Origin: Candidatus Poribacteria bacterium
GTDB taxonomy: Bacteria; Poribacteria; WGA-4E; WGA-3G
Direction of reading: 5' to 3'
NCBI GenBank assembly: GCA_965205015.1
Contig: OZ242029.1
Location: 3,840,001 to 3,904,000 of the forward strand
Length of the DNA: 64,000 nt
The notes below the pieces were generated by a model. That model was given only the letters and a program-made list of their open reading frames with translations. It searched no databases and was not told where the DNA came from. The first letter of the stretch is position 1. Every line of letters begins with the position of its first letter. Positions 29,693 through 38,529 of the stretch are shown in pieces. The translations under genes were made by a program, and so were the position numbers.

Positions 29693-30283
29693 TCACTCAG
29701 CGAGAGGTTGAATAACTATCGACTTTGGTGAAGTTGGACAGGCGTATTGACATACCCCACATCCTGTACATCCGGCATCAATAACCTCTACAATGTCATC
29801 TGACGTGAATTGAATTGCATCCTCGCCAATCGGACACGTATCGACACAGTAAGTACAATCCACATCTTGCGTCCGAAGACAGGTTTCAGCGCTGAAAACC
29901 GCCACACCGATTTTAATATCTTCGGCATAAACGGTTTGCAAAGCACCGCTGGGACAAACGTACATGCATGCCAATGAATCGCAAATGACGCACGGCTGTT
30001 CCTCAGGATCGATATAGGGTGTATTTGCGATATCGGGTTGGGAGGTCTGTAACGGGAAAATAGCGTTTGCGGGACAATTCTTGACGCAGTTGCCACACCG
30101 GTGGCACTTTTCTAAGAATTCCACTTCCGGCAACGCTCCGGGCGGTCGAAAGAGCGGACGGTTCCCCGGTTCCTCAGCAGGCACATGGTCGCTGATCCGG
30201 TCATCAAGGAATTCGGCGACCGGTTGGATGAGTTGGTTCAAGGCTTCCTTGAAAAAGCCGCGTCTCCCCGTTTCATCAGGCAT
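29693..30283 (-). CDS. NapF/NapG/MauM-type multi-[4Fe-4S] ferredoxin
   Basis: GRRGFF, RPPGA, four Cys clusters (CHRCGNCVKNCP, CVIC...C...CP, C...CTYCVDTCP, CTGCGVCQYACP). Confidence 0.88.
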   Translation of the reverse strand: MPDETGRRGFFKEALNQLIQPVAEFLDDRISDHVPAEEPGNRPLFRPPGALPEVEFLEKCHRCGNCVKNCPANAIFPLQTSQPDIANTPYIDPEEQPCVICDSLACMYVCPSGALQTVYAEDIKIGVAVFSAETCLRTQDVDCTYCVDTCPIGEDAIQFTSDDIVEVIDAGCTGCGVCQYACPTSPKSIVIQPLAE

Positions 30284-30330
30284 CTTTAGGGTCCATCCCT
30301 GAGCGTCGTGCTCGGCGTTCGCGCGGCACT

Positions 30331-30963
30331 TTATTTTTCGCTGACTTTAGAGATCCGGTAACAACATTTATGGCTTCCCTGCATGAGATGTTCCACTCGA
30401 ACGACTTTCGCCCCCAAGGATTGCCGGAAAAGTGCCGTCTCAATTTCGCAGACATGCGGGTACTCTTGCGCGATCAAGGCGATAGGGCAATTATGTTCTG
30501 TTAAGACGTAATCATCCTCATTTTCGTCGAAGCGTGCCATGTACCCTTCTTCATCACGGATTTGGGCAAGTTCCTTGACCCGTTCGGGCAATGTTTTGCC
30601 TTGGAGTCGCTGTTGATAAGTGTCCAACTGTGATTTCATCCGTCCACGGAAGACTTTGTTGATAAAATCGGGACCGTTAAATTTGGCGACCTCATGCATT
30701 AACCCAACAGCAAAGTTAGCATAAGTCGTAGGGAAGAGACTATTTGCTGCATCGGTCAATTGATAGATATAAGGTGGACGGCCACGTCCCTGCTTTTCCC
30801 GGTAGTGCTCGACCAACCCCTCTGCTTCAAGTATGGCGAGGTGTTGCCGGATTCCCATCTGACTGATATGCAGTGCCTCTTTCAACTGACCGACGGTCAT
30901 GCCGGCACGCATTTTCAGCAGTTGCAGGATTCGCATTCGGGTTTCGCTCATTTCACAATTCAT
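30331..30963 (-). CDS. SufR-like ArsR-family HTH regulator
   Basis: TR.RIL.LL, IRQHL..LE..GLV, GRGRP..Y.LT, EHNCPI..IA....VC..E, C-terminal C.Y. Confidence 0.85.
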   Translation of the reverse strand: MNCEMSETRMRILQLLKMRAGMTVGQLKEALHISQMGIRQHLAILEAEGLVEHYREKQGRGRPPYIYQLTDAANSLFPTTYANFAVGLMHEVAKFNGPDFINKVFRGRMKSQLDTYQQRLQGKTLPERVKELAQIRDEEGYMARFDENEDDYVLTEHNCPIALIAQEYPHVCEIETALFRQSLGAKVVRVEHLMQGSHKCCYRISKVSEK

Positions 30964-31019
30964 GTGATTTCCTCGCAGGATAAGCTTGCAAACATTACTT
31001 TATTTCATCATTTTTTAAA

Positions 31020-31048
31020 ATTATATCACAATTGGACGTTCAATTCAA
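31020..31048 (-). promoter_or_regulatory. Sigma70-type promoter for the SufR-like operon
   Basis: Minus strand TTGAAT-17 bp-TATAAT with extended TG. Confidence 0.65.
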
Positions 31049-31070
31049 GGTTTAACCCACTATTTTTCTT

Positions 31071-31099
31071 TTGTCTATTTCTCGCGTATGTGATACAAT
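31071..31099 (+). promoter_or_regulatory. Divergent sigma70-type promoter
   Basis: TTGTCT-17 bp-TACAAT with extended TG. Confidence 0.55.
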
Positions 31100-31157
31100 T
31101 TTGTAAAGGAACCTGATCGCAAGCCGATCGTAAAAGGATGGAAAGGAGCAGGTAGAG

Positions 31158-31964
31158 ATGCAGAACGAACTCACCGAATCACAAATTAATTTTTATCAGG
31201 AAAACGGATTTCTTGTCATTGAGAACTTTCTGGACGCTGCAGAATTGGCGGAGTGGCGGCGTTGCACCGATGCGTCTGTTGAGGAACGACTCGGGAACTC
31301 AGTCGAATTTATGACGAACCAGATGGATGCCAAGCAGTTTTACGCACGCGTTTTTACACAGTGCCTCCGCTTGTCAGACACGCATGCTGGGATGCGAAAA
31401 TTGGTGCACGATCCGAGACTCGGTAAGATGGCAGCGCAATTAGCCGATGTTGATGGTATGCGCATTTGGCACGATCAAGCCCTGATTAAACCGCCCCACG
31501 GCAATCCCACTGCATGGCACCTCGATGTCCCGTACTGGTCCTTTGATTCACGGGATGCCGTCTCGTTTTGGGTTGCGTTGGACGACGCTACACTTGCCAA
31601 CGGATGTATGTGGTATCTGCCAGGAACTCATAAAACAGCCCGCTTTGATAATGTTGGCATTGGAATAAATATCGGTGAACTGTTTAACGTATACCCAGAA
31701 TGGAAACAGATTGAACCGCAGTGTGCCCCGTGTCCCGCAGGCTCTATTGCATGGCATAACGGTCTCGTTGCCCACGGTGCAGGTGCGAACATGACGCTCC
31801 ATCACCGCAGGGCGATGACGTGCGGTTTCATGCCTGATGGATGCACTTTCAACGGAAAGCGAAATATTCTACCGGAACCCTACTTTAACTCGCTGGAAAT
31901 TGGGGATGTGCTTAACGACGATATCCAAAACACACTTATTTGGCATAGGGATCGGGATGCTTAA
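31158..31964 (+). CDS. PhyH family dioxygenase
   Basis: WHDQALIK, WHLD, LDDAT..NGCM.YLPGTH, VAHGAG.N..RRA. Confidence 0.92.
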   Translation: MQNELTESQINFYQENGFLVIENFLDAAELAEWRRCTDASVEERLGNSVEFMTNQMDAKQFYARVFTQCLRLSDTHAGMRKLVHDPRLGKMAAQLADVDGMRIWHDQALIKPPHGNPTAWHLDVPYWSFDSRDAVSFWVALDDATLANGCMWYLPGTHKTARFDNVGIGINIGELFNVYPEWKQIEPQCAPCPAGSIAWHNGLVAHGAGANMTLHHRRAMTCGFMPDGCTFNGKRNILPEPYFNSLEIGDVLNDDIQNTLIWHRDRDA

Positions 31965-32027
31965 GAGGTAAACTTAGAACATTGCCCTCACAGAAATAAC
32001 GACTGGACACAGCAAAGGAGAATGGAT

Positions 32028-33422
32028 ATGGCAAAACAACCCAATATCGTATTGCTCGGCGTTGATTCACTACTCGCGACACACATGAGTTGTTACGGGT
32101 ATCACCGATTGACAACACCACACATCGACCGGTTTGCGGCGGGTGGCACTCTCTTTGAGAAAACGTATAGCCCACACATTCCAACGACGAGTGCTTATGC
32201 ATCAATGCTGACCGGATTGGACACGTTCAGCACGCAGGTCGTCGCATTACGGCACCAAGGCCCGCTCCGCGAAGAGGTCAAAACGTTGGCAGAAATTCTT
32301 CGAGATGAAGGCTACGATACCACCTGTGTTGGGTTCAGCGGACCGAGTGCACGTGGGTTCGACACCTATCTTGAATATTCTGGATGGGGACCCGATGAGA
32401 GCGGACGGAGTCCGAAAGCGGAAAATCTCAACAAAACAACCCTCCCTGAACTGAACCGGCTGATCGATCAGAGCGACGAAAAACCGTTTTTCCTGTTCCT
32501 GCGCCACATGGACCCACACTCCCCCTACCTACCCCCCGCCCCTTATGAACGGATGTTCTATCACGGTGACGAATGCGATCCGAGCAACAAATCTATGGAA
32601 CCGGTGATGACGTTTAAACCGTTTTGTGATTACTTCGCCTCATGGATGCCACCCGGAATTACCGATAAAGATTACGTCATCGCGCAATATGACGGCGCAA
32701 TCGCTTATATGGATGCGTGTATTCAGACGCTCTTCAATGCCCTTGAAACGCGCGGTGTGTTGGACGACACAATTGTCGTCATCAATGGAGATCACGGCGA
32801 AACCCTCTATGATCATGAATGTTGGTTTGACCACCACGGTATCTACGATGTCACCTTGCACGTGCCGCTGATTATCCGTTATCCTGGACGTGTGCCTGCT
32901 GGCGAACGCGTTGCCGGCTATAATCAACATAAAGACCTCGTGCCGACGCTCCTTGAATTAGCAGATATTGAAACAGACATCGCATTCGACGGACAGAGCC
33001 TTACCCCCTTAATGAACGGCGAGATAACCTCCTACGACAGCGAGTTCTACATCACAGAATGTACGTGGATGCGGAAACACGGTTGGCGCACCCCGGAATG
33101 GAAACTCATCGTCGCGCTTGAACCCGACTTCCATTTCAAACCCCCTGTCGAACTCTATAACCTTATCCAAGACCCCGATGAGAACAACAATCTTGTTGAT
33201 GAACATCCGGACATCGTCAATGTGCTCGAGACTCGGATGAAGCGTTGGATTCTTCAGCGGGAACAGGAGACAGGCTTGACGAACCCGATTATGACGCAGG
33301 GCGATTGGCATGGACACAAGGGTGTCGGTCCGTTCAAGTCATCGGAACAGGCATATAACACGATGCACATTGGGGATGCGGGTGCAGCGGCGCGTTTACA
33401 GGCGAAATCTCGCGATGAATAG
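32028..33422 (+). CDS. Sulfatase-like hydrolase (alkaline phosphatase superfamily) with Thr at the nucleophile position
   Basis: PNI..GVDSL..H, TPHID, PTTSAYASMLTG, DPHSPY, GDHGE, HVPLI, ELYNL..DP.E. Confidence 0.88.
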   Translation: MAKQPNIVLLGVDSLLATHMSCYGYHRLTTPHIDRFAAGGTLFEKTYSPHIPTTSAYASMLTGLDTFSTQVVALRHQGPLREEVKTLAEILRDEGYDTTCVGFSGPSARGFDTYLEYSGWGPDESGRSPKAENLNKTTLPELNRLIDQSDEKPFFLFLRHMDPHSPYLPPAPYERMFYHGDECDPSNKSMEPVMTFKPFCDYFASWMPPGITDKDYVIAQYDGAIAYMDACIQTLFNALETRGVLDDTIVVINGDHGETLYDHECWFDHHGIYDVTLHVPLIIRYPGRVPAGERVAGYNQHKDLVPTLLELADIETDIAFDGQSLTPLMNGEITSYDSEFYITECTWMRKHGWRTPEWKLIVALEPDFHFKPPVELYNLIQDPDENNNLVDEHPDIVNVLETRMKRWILQREQETGLTNPIMTQGDWHGHKGVGPFKSSEQAYNTMHIGDAGAAARLQAKSRDE

Positions 33423-33482
33423 CTATTAGCCATCAGCAGTCAGCAATCAGAGGGTGGTGTTGCAGTGCCTGTCCGCAAGCCT

Positions 33483-33590
33483 GTCGACCGTAATGAAATT
33501 GCGGAGTTTTTGCTTGGATGTTTCTTCAGGTATACGGAAATGGACTGTGTAATCTAAACGCACCTGACCGAACCGCAAGCAAAATTAGGA
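33483..33590 (+). repeat. Family A variant carrying an internal TTTTTGCTTGGATGTTT module
   Basis: GTCGACCGTAATGAAAT...CACCTGACCGAACCGCAAGCAAAATTAG. Confidence 0.7.
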
Positions 33591-33618
33591 ATGTGTTTAT
33601 CTTCACAGCACTAAAAAC

Positions 33619-33707
33619 ATAGCCTGTAATGTAATGGAAGGCGGGTCTACGGAGAAAGACTTTCAAGGTCCAACCCGCCTGACCGAACCGCAAGGAAAAT
33701 TAAAAAT
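33619..33707 (+). repeat. Family A ~89 nt element ending at an ATG
   Basis: ATAG-CCT-GTAATGTAATGGA-AGG-CGGGTCTAC...CCTGACCGAACCGCAAGGAAAATTAAAAAT-ATG. Confidence 0.85.
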
Positions 33708-34529
33708 ATGCCAGATTATAGACGAGATCAGGTTTTAGAACGACTGAAAGCAGAATTGGATAGAGATAAACCGTTACTCGCCGTGGGTGCGGGAACAGGT
33801 ATCACGGCGAAATTCGCGGAACAAGGCGGCGCCGACCTGATTGTGATTTACAATTCTGGTCGCTACCGGATGTCGGGGTTCGGCTCCTGCGCTGGACTGT
33901 TGGCTTATGGGGACGCGAATGCTATCGTTATGGAGATGGGTGAACGTGAGGTGCTCCCTGTTGTCAAAGAAACGCCTGTTATCGCTGGCGTGAACGGTAC
34001 AGACCCGACGCGCCGGATGAGCAACTTCCTCAAACAGGTCCGAGATGTCGGGTTCGACGGGGTTAATAACTTCCCAACCGTCGGTGTGATCGACGGGAAA
34101 TTTCGGCTAACGCTTGAAGAGACAGGGATGGGTTTCTACAAAGAGGTTGAAACGATCGGTATCGCGCATGAGATGGACCTTTTCACCATCGTCTATGTCT
34201 TCAATCCAGAAGAATCCGAGAACATGGCGAAAGTCGGCGCGGACGTTATCATTGCGCACATGGGGACGACGGTGGGTGGTACTATCGGTGCGGAAACGGC
34301 TTTCACGATCGAGAATGCGGCGGTACAGGTCCAGAAGATTTGCGACGCGGCACGAGCCGTGAACCCGGAGGTCATCTGTTTGGCACACGGTGGTCCCATA
34401 TCAAAAGCACCGGAGGCGGCGTTTATCAATGAGAAAACAGATGCCGTTGGCTTCGTCGGTGCCTCCAGCATTGAACGGTTTGCCTGCGAAGAGAGTATCC
34501 CGCGGGTTACGGCTTCCTTTAAGGAATGA
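33708..34529 (+). CDS. TIM-barrel signal-transduction / PEP hydrolase family protein (Tm-1 C-terminal-like)
   Basis: GAGTGITAK, DLIVIYNSGRYRM.G.GS.AGLL.YGDAN, NFPTVG, HGGPI, GASSIER. Confidence 0.92.
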   Translation: MPDYRRDQVLERLKAELDRDKPLLAVGAGTGITAKFAEQGGADLIVIYNSGRYRMSGFGSCAGLLAYGDANAIVMEMGEREVLPVVKETPVIAGVNGTDPTRRMSNFLKQVRDVGFDGVNNFPTVGVIDGKFRLTLEETGMGFYKEVETIGIAHEMDLFTIVYVFNPEESENMAKVGADVIIAHMGTTVGGTIGAETAFTIENAAVQVQKICDAARAVNPEVICLAHGGPISKAPEAAFINEKTDAVGFVGASSIERFACEESIPRVTASFKE

Positions 34530-34555
34530 AAGCCAGATCACGCAAATTGCAGTCA

Positions 34556-34643
34556 GTAGGTTGGGTTGAACGCAGTAAAATCCAACCTATTTAAAAAAAT
34601 ATCTCCAGCCCCGAACCCGGTAGGTGCGGTTTGCAACCGCGCC
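34556..34643 (+). repeat. Two GTAG-type REP-like hairpins
   Basis: GTAGGTTGG...CCAACCTA (34556-34590) and GTAG-GTGCGGTT-TGC-AACCGCGC (34620-34643). Confidence 0.7.
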
Positions 34644-34721
34644 GTAACGATGAAACGTCTGAGCAATTAACGACCTGTGAATATATAAGCGTATTTATTA
34701 TGCTTGTATAAGGTGATTTTA

Positions 34722-35561
34722 ATGTATGAAGAATTAGATGGAATTAACCCTCCAAACGATGAAGATATTTTGTGGCGATACACGAACTTTGAGGTATTTG
34801 TTAATCTGTTAGATACAGAAGCTTTGTATTTTACAAGAGCTGATAAATTCGAGGATCCATACGAAGGATTTATACCCCAAAGTATTATGGATGCCTACAA
34901 ACAATCCCTTGAGCGTGTTACCCCAGCAGAGTTTGTCGAAGCAATTATGAAATGGTACGAACCTTCTCGTAAATATGTCATGTGTAACTGTTGGCATCAG
35001 AATGTAGTAGAGTCAATGGCAATGTGGGAAAAATATCACATGCGCAATAGTGGTGTTGCTATAAAAACAACCATGGAAAAAATGAAAAGTAGTTTAACAA
35101 GCGAGTATTCTATTTATATCGGTAAAATGGAGTATATCTACGGTAACACGGATGATGACCAATATATGCAAAACTTTCTACAAAACAATATTCCATTGGC
35201 TAAAAAGTTGACATATTTCCCTTATTTCCTAAAAAGAAAAGAATACGAACATGAGCAGGAAGTTCGATTAATCGTTGATATTGATCCTTTTGTTATGGAC
35301 GCTCTTAATAATCAAACTGTGGAAACTGTAGATACTTTTTTAGAGACTGGATTACCGGATATATGTGACATCGGTATGCTTTTCAATATTGATGTAAGTA
35401 CGTTGATTGATGAAGTCATTGTCTCACCCTACGCGAAGGATTGGAGTACAGAAACTCTCAGCTCAGTAGTTCAGAAATTCGGATTTAATTTTGATGTTAA
35501 ACCATCAACACTTTTAGACCATCCTACTTCAGACGAACTTATCAATGGTGGAGGTTTATAA
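34722..35561 (+). CDS. DUF2971-like protein, AT-rich
   Basis: LWRY, F.R.DKFEDPYEG, NCWH....ESMAMW..Y, GVAI, KRKEYEHEQEVR, LIDEVIVSP. Confidence 0.8.
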   Translation: MYEELDGINPPNDEDILWRYTNFEVFVNLLDTEALYFTRADKFEDPYEGFIPQSIMDAYKQSLERVTPAEFVEAIMKWYEPSRKYVMCNCWHQNVVESMAMWEKYHMRNSGVAIKTTMEKMKSSLTSEYSIYIGKMEYIYGNTDDDQYMQNFLQNNIPLAKKLTYFPYFLKRKEYEHEQEVRLIVDIDPFVMDALNNQTVETVDTFLETGLPDICDIGMLFNIDVSTLIDEVIVSPYAKDWSTETLSSVVQKFGFNFDVKPSTLLDHPTSDELINGGGL

Positions 35562-35959
35562 TGGAACCTATAAATGTTGTTGTTGACGAAAAATTTGAAC
35601 AAATTCTAAAAGAAGAAGCGAAAGAATTTTCTATAGATTGGTCATTAGTAGAAATTAAATGGGTTCTTTATGAGGAATTGCTATTAACGCACTTACAACC
35701 TCCGTTGGGCAAAAATATGGTTAAAATGGTAGTTTTAGGATTCAAAGGGGAAATTTCAGTGCAGGATGTAGACAAATGGTTCCGTTCTTATCGTTTCACA
35801 TATTGTATTTACTACAAAACCGCCGATACAGCAGCTGAAAAGATGGAGATGCTTAGTCTGGGTGCTGAAGGCACAATCAGCGATATAGCGATAAAACTCC
35901 GTGATATTTTCAGTGGTTTCAAAGGTGTACTGCCATCGGAAATTCGGGCCACCCTCTAA
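35561..35959 (+). CDS. Hypothetical protein, AT-rich, translationally coupled to the upstream gene
   Basis: 132 aa ORF, TAATG overlap, GGAGG RBS. Confidence 0.7.
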   Translation: MEPINVVVDEKFEQILKEEAKEFSIDWSLVEIKWVLYEELLLTHLQPPLGKNMVKMVVLGFKGEISVQDVDKWFRSYRFTYCIYYKTADTAAEKMEMLSLGAEGTISDIAIKLRDIFSGFKGVLPSEIRATL

Positions 35960-36042
35960 ACCAAGATTGTGCTATGATAACAATCTAAATGATGTGCAGC
36001 AAAATATCTTCAAAAAACGACGAGTAAATAGTGGAGAAAGTG

Positions 36043-38430
36043 ATGTCCAGTCCTGTCAAAGAAATAGAGATTTTAACTGCCGATGATGCCGAGTTGATGC
36101 GTATCAGTCGAGAAGGAACGCTCTCCTTAAGTCTGAACGAGATGCAGACGATTCAGACGCACTTCGGAACCCTCGGACGCAACCCCACCGATGTAGAAAT
36201 AGAGACTATCGCCCAGACGTGGTCTGAACATTGCGTTCACAAAACATTCAAAAGCACCATCCTCTATTCCGAAGAAGGCAAAGCATCAGAGCAGATTGAC
36301 GGCTTGTTTCCAACCTTCATTCAACGTGCGACTGAGGAGATAGCGAAACCGTGGTGTGTCTCCGTCTTTTCAGATAATGCCGGTATCATCGAGTTTGACG
36401 AGAAATTCAATCTCGTTTTCAAGGTAGAAACACACAACCATCCCTCAGCGATTGAACCGTATGGGGGGGCTGGGACCGGGATAGGCGGTGTCATTCGAGA
36501 CTCACTCGGTACGGGACTCGGGGCAAAGCCGATTCTGAATACGGATGTATTCTGTTTCGGGATGCCGGATACACCCTACACGCAGCTACCGAAAGGCACA
36601 CTTCATCCAAAGCGTGTCTTTAAAGGCGTTGTCGCTGGCGTGCGCGATTACGGCAACCGAATGGGGATCCCTACGGCGAACGGTGCTATTCTTTTTGATG
36701 CCCGTTATACCGCAAATCCACTCGTCTTCTGTGGGAATGTCGGTTTAATACCGAGAAACAGGTGTGAGAAATCCGTTGAACCCGGTGATCTGGTGGTTGC
36801 GATCGGTGGACAAACCGGGCGTGATGGCATCCACGGTGCCACCTTCTCTTCTGCAGAATTGGACGATACTTCTGAAAGTCTCGGTAGTGTGGTGCAGATC
36901 GGCAACCCGATTATGGAAAAAAAGATTGTCGATGCCCTGTTGCAGGCGCGGGATCGGCATCTTTATCGTTCCATCACCGATTGCGGTGCTGGAGGATTCT
37001 CGTCCGCTGTCGGAGAGATGGGAGAAGAGATAGGGGCAGAAGTGCACCTCGAACGCGTTTCTCTGAAATACGAAGGGCTCGCGCCGTGGGAAATCTGGCT
37101 CTCCGAAGCACAGGAGCGGATGGTCATTGCCGTGCCACCTGAGAATCTGGATGAACTCATGGCAATATGCGAGGCAGAAGTCGTTGAAGCCACAGTCCTC
37201 GGGACTTTCACAGATACACATAAACTGCAAGTTTTCTATGAAGGCACTATAGTTGCCGACTTGGAGATGGAGTTCTTGCACCATGGACTGCCAATGCCGG
37301 TGAAGGAGGCGGTTTGGGAGCCGCCGAAGCATCCAGATATGGCATCGCGAGATGGAGAAACCGAGAATTATACCAATGACCTCAAACAACTTCTCGCAAG
37401 TCCAAACATCGCGAGTAAAGAATCCGTTATCCGGCAATACGACCACGGTGTCCAAGGGGGTATGGTTATCAATCCGCTTGTCGGTGTGGAAAACGACGGA
37501 CCGAGCGACGCATGCGTAACGACTCCTGTCTTAGGCAGTCGAAAAGGTGTCATTGTTGCGAACGGCATCAATCCGAGATATAGCGACGTGGATCCATATC
37601 TCAGCGCAGCTGCGGCGATTGATGAGGCGTTACGGAATGTTGTCGCTGTCGGGGGAACCTTAGAAAAGACTGCGTTACTGGACAATTTCTGTTGGGGGAA
37701 TCCGGACAAACCCGACCGGCTCGGTGAACTCGTCCGTGCGGCGAGAGCGTGTTACGACATCGCAACTGCTTACGGCACACCCTTTATTTCCGGTAAAGAT
37801 AGCCTCTACAACGAATACAGGGATACCACGACGGGTGAACAACGCGCGATCCCTTCGACACTCCTTATATCTGCTATCTGTGTTATGCCTGACATTCAAA
37901 ACGCCGTTACAATGGACGTGAAAACGCCAGGCAATTTGATTTATGTCGTGGGGAATACCTACGCGGAATTAGGCGGTTCGCACTATTTCGGCATTCACGG
38001 GTTCGTCGGAAACACTGCCCCTGCCATTCGTCCAAGTGAGGGTAAGTTGACAATGGAACGTCTCAGTACTGCCATCAACAGTGGATGGGTGCGCTCGTGT
38101 CACGACTGCTCTGAAGGCGGTATCGGTGTAGCGGCGGCGGAAATGGCATTTGCGGGTGGCTACGGGATGTCTCTGCGTCTTGACAATATCCCGAGAGGCG
38201 AGGATATCAATGCTGACGATTTCCTACTCTTTTCAGAATCGAATAGCCGCTTTCTTGTAGAGATTGAACCGCAACACCAAGATGCCTACGAAAATCACAT
38301 GGCGGGGATACCCATTGGCTGTCTTGGCACTGTTTTAGATACATCCGAATTTGTTATCAAGGGAAAGACTGGACGTTTGATCGTTGAAACGTCCATTGAT
38401 ATTCTCAAATCTGCTTGGCAGGTTTTTTAA
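36043..38430 (+). CDS. purL: Phosphoribosylformylglycinamidine synthase subunit PurL
   Basis: QTWSEHC.HK, KVETHNHPSAIEP.GGA.TG, TGRDGIHGA, DCGAGG, SEAQERM, SGKDSL.N, HDCSEGG. Confidence 0.96.
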   Translation: MSSPVKEIEILTADDAELMRISREGTLSLSLNEMQTIQTHFGTLGRNPTDVEIETIAQTWSEHCVHKTFKSTILYSEEGKASEQIDGLFPTFIQRATEEIAKPWCVSVFSDNAGIIEFDEKFNLVFKVETHNHPSAIEPYGGAGTGIGGVIRDSLGTGLGAKPILNTDVFCFGMPDTPYTQLPKGTLHPKRVFKGVVAGVRDYGNRMGIPTANGAILFDARYTANPLVFCGNVGLIPRNRCEKSVEPGDLVVAIGGQTGRDGIHGATFSSAELDDTSESLGSVVQIGNPIMEKKIVDALLQARDRHLYRSITDCGAGGFSSAVGEMGEEIGAEVHLERVSLKYEGLAPWEIWLSEAQERMVIAVPPENLDELMAICEAEVVEATVLGTFTDTHKLQVFYEGTIVADLEMEFLHHGLPMPVKEAVWEPPKHPDMASRDGETENYTNDLKQLLASPNIASKESVIRQYDHGVQGGMVINPLVGVENDGPSDACVTTPVLGSRKGVIVANGINPRYSDVDPYLSAAAAIDEALRNVVAVGGTLEKTALLDNFCWGNPDKPDRLGELVRAARACYDIATAYGTPFISGKDSLYNEYRDTTTGEQRAIPSTLLISAICVMPDIQNAVTMDVKTPGNLIYVVGNTYAELGGSHYFGIHGFVGNTAPAIRPSEGKLTMERLSTAINSGWVRSCHDCSEGGIGVAAAEMAFAGGYGMSLRLDNIPRGEDINADDFLLFSESNSRFLVEIEPQHQDAYENHMAGIPIGCLGTVLDTSEFVIKGKTGRLIVETSIDILKSAWQVF

Positions 38431-38511
38431 GTATTCGCAAGGCGTTAAATCAAGCGATTGGTTTATTGACTGTTTTTCCTCAAATCCGCCTGCGCCGTTG
38501 TTGCAGGCTAT
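38423..38511 (-). repeat. Family A-related element in reverse orientation; terminal TTAA contains the purL stop
   Basis: Minus strand ATAG-CCTGC-AACAACGGC-GCAGG-CGG...TTAAAAAA; 5' hairpin nearly identical to 45214-45240. Confidence 0.7.
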
Positions 38512-38529
38512 CGTCTTAAGTTAAGGATC

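Noticed and set aside
36745-37455. Long antisense or alternate-frame ORFs (e.g. 236 aa opposite purL, 196 aa opposite the lactonase, 184 aa at 22075)
   Set aside because: Shadow ORFs of well-supported genes with no recognisable motifs.
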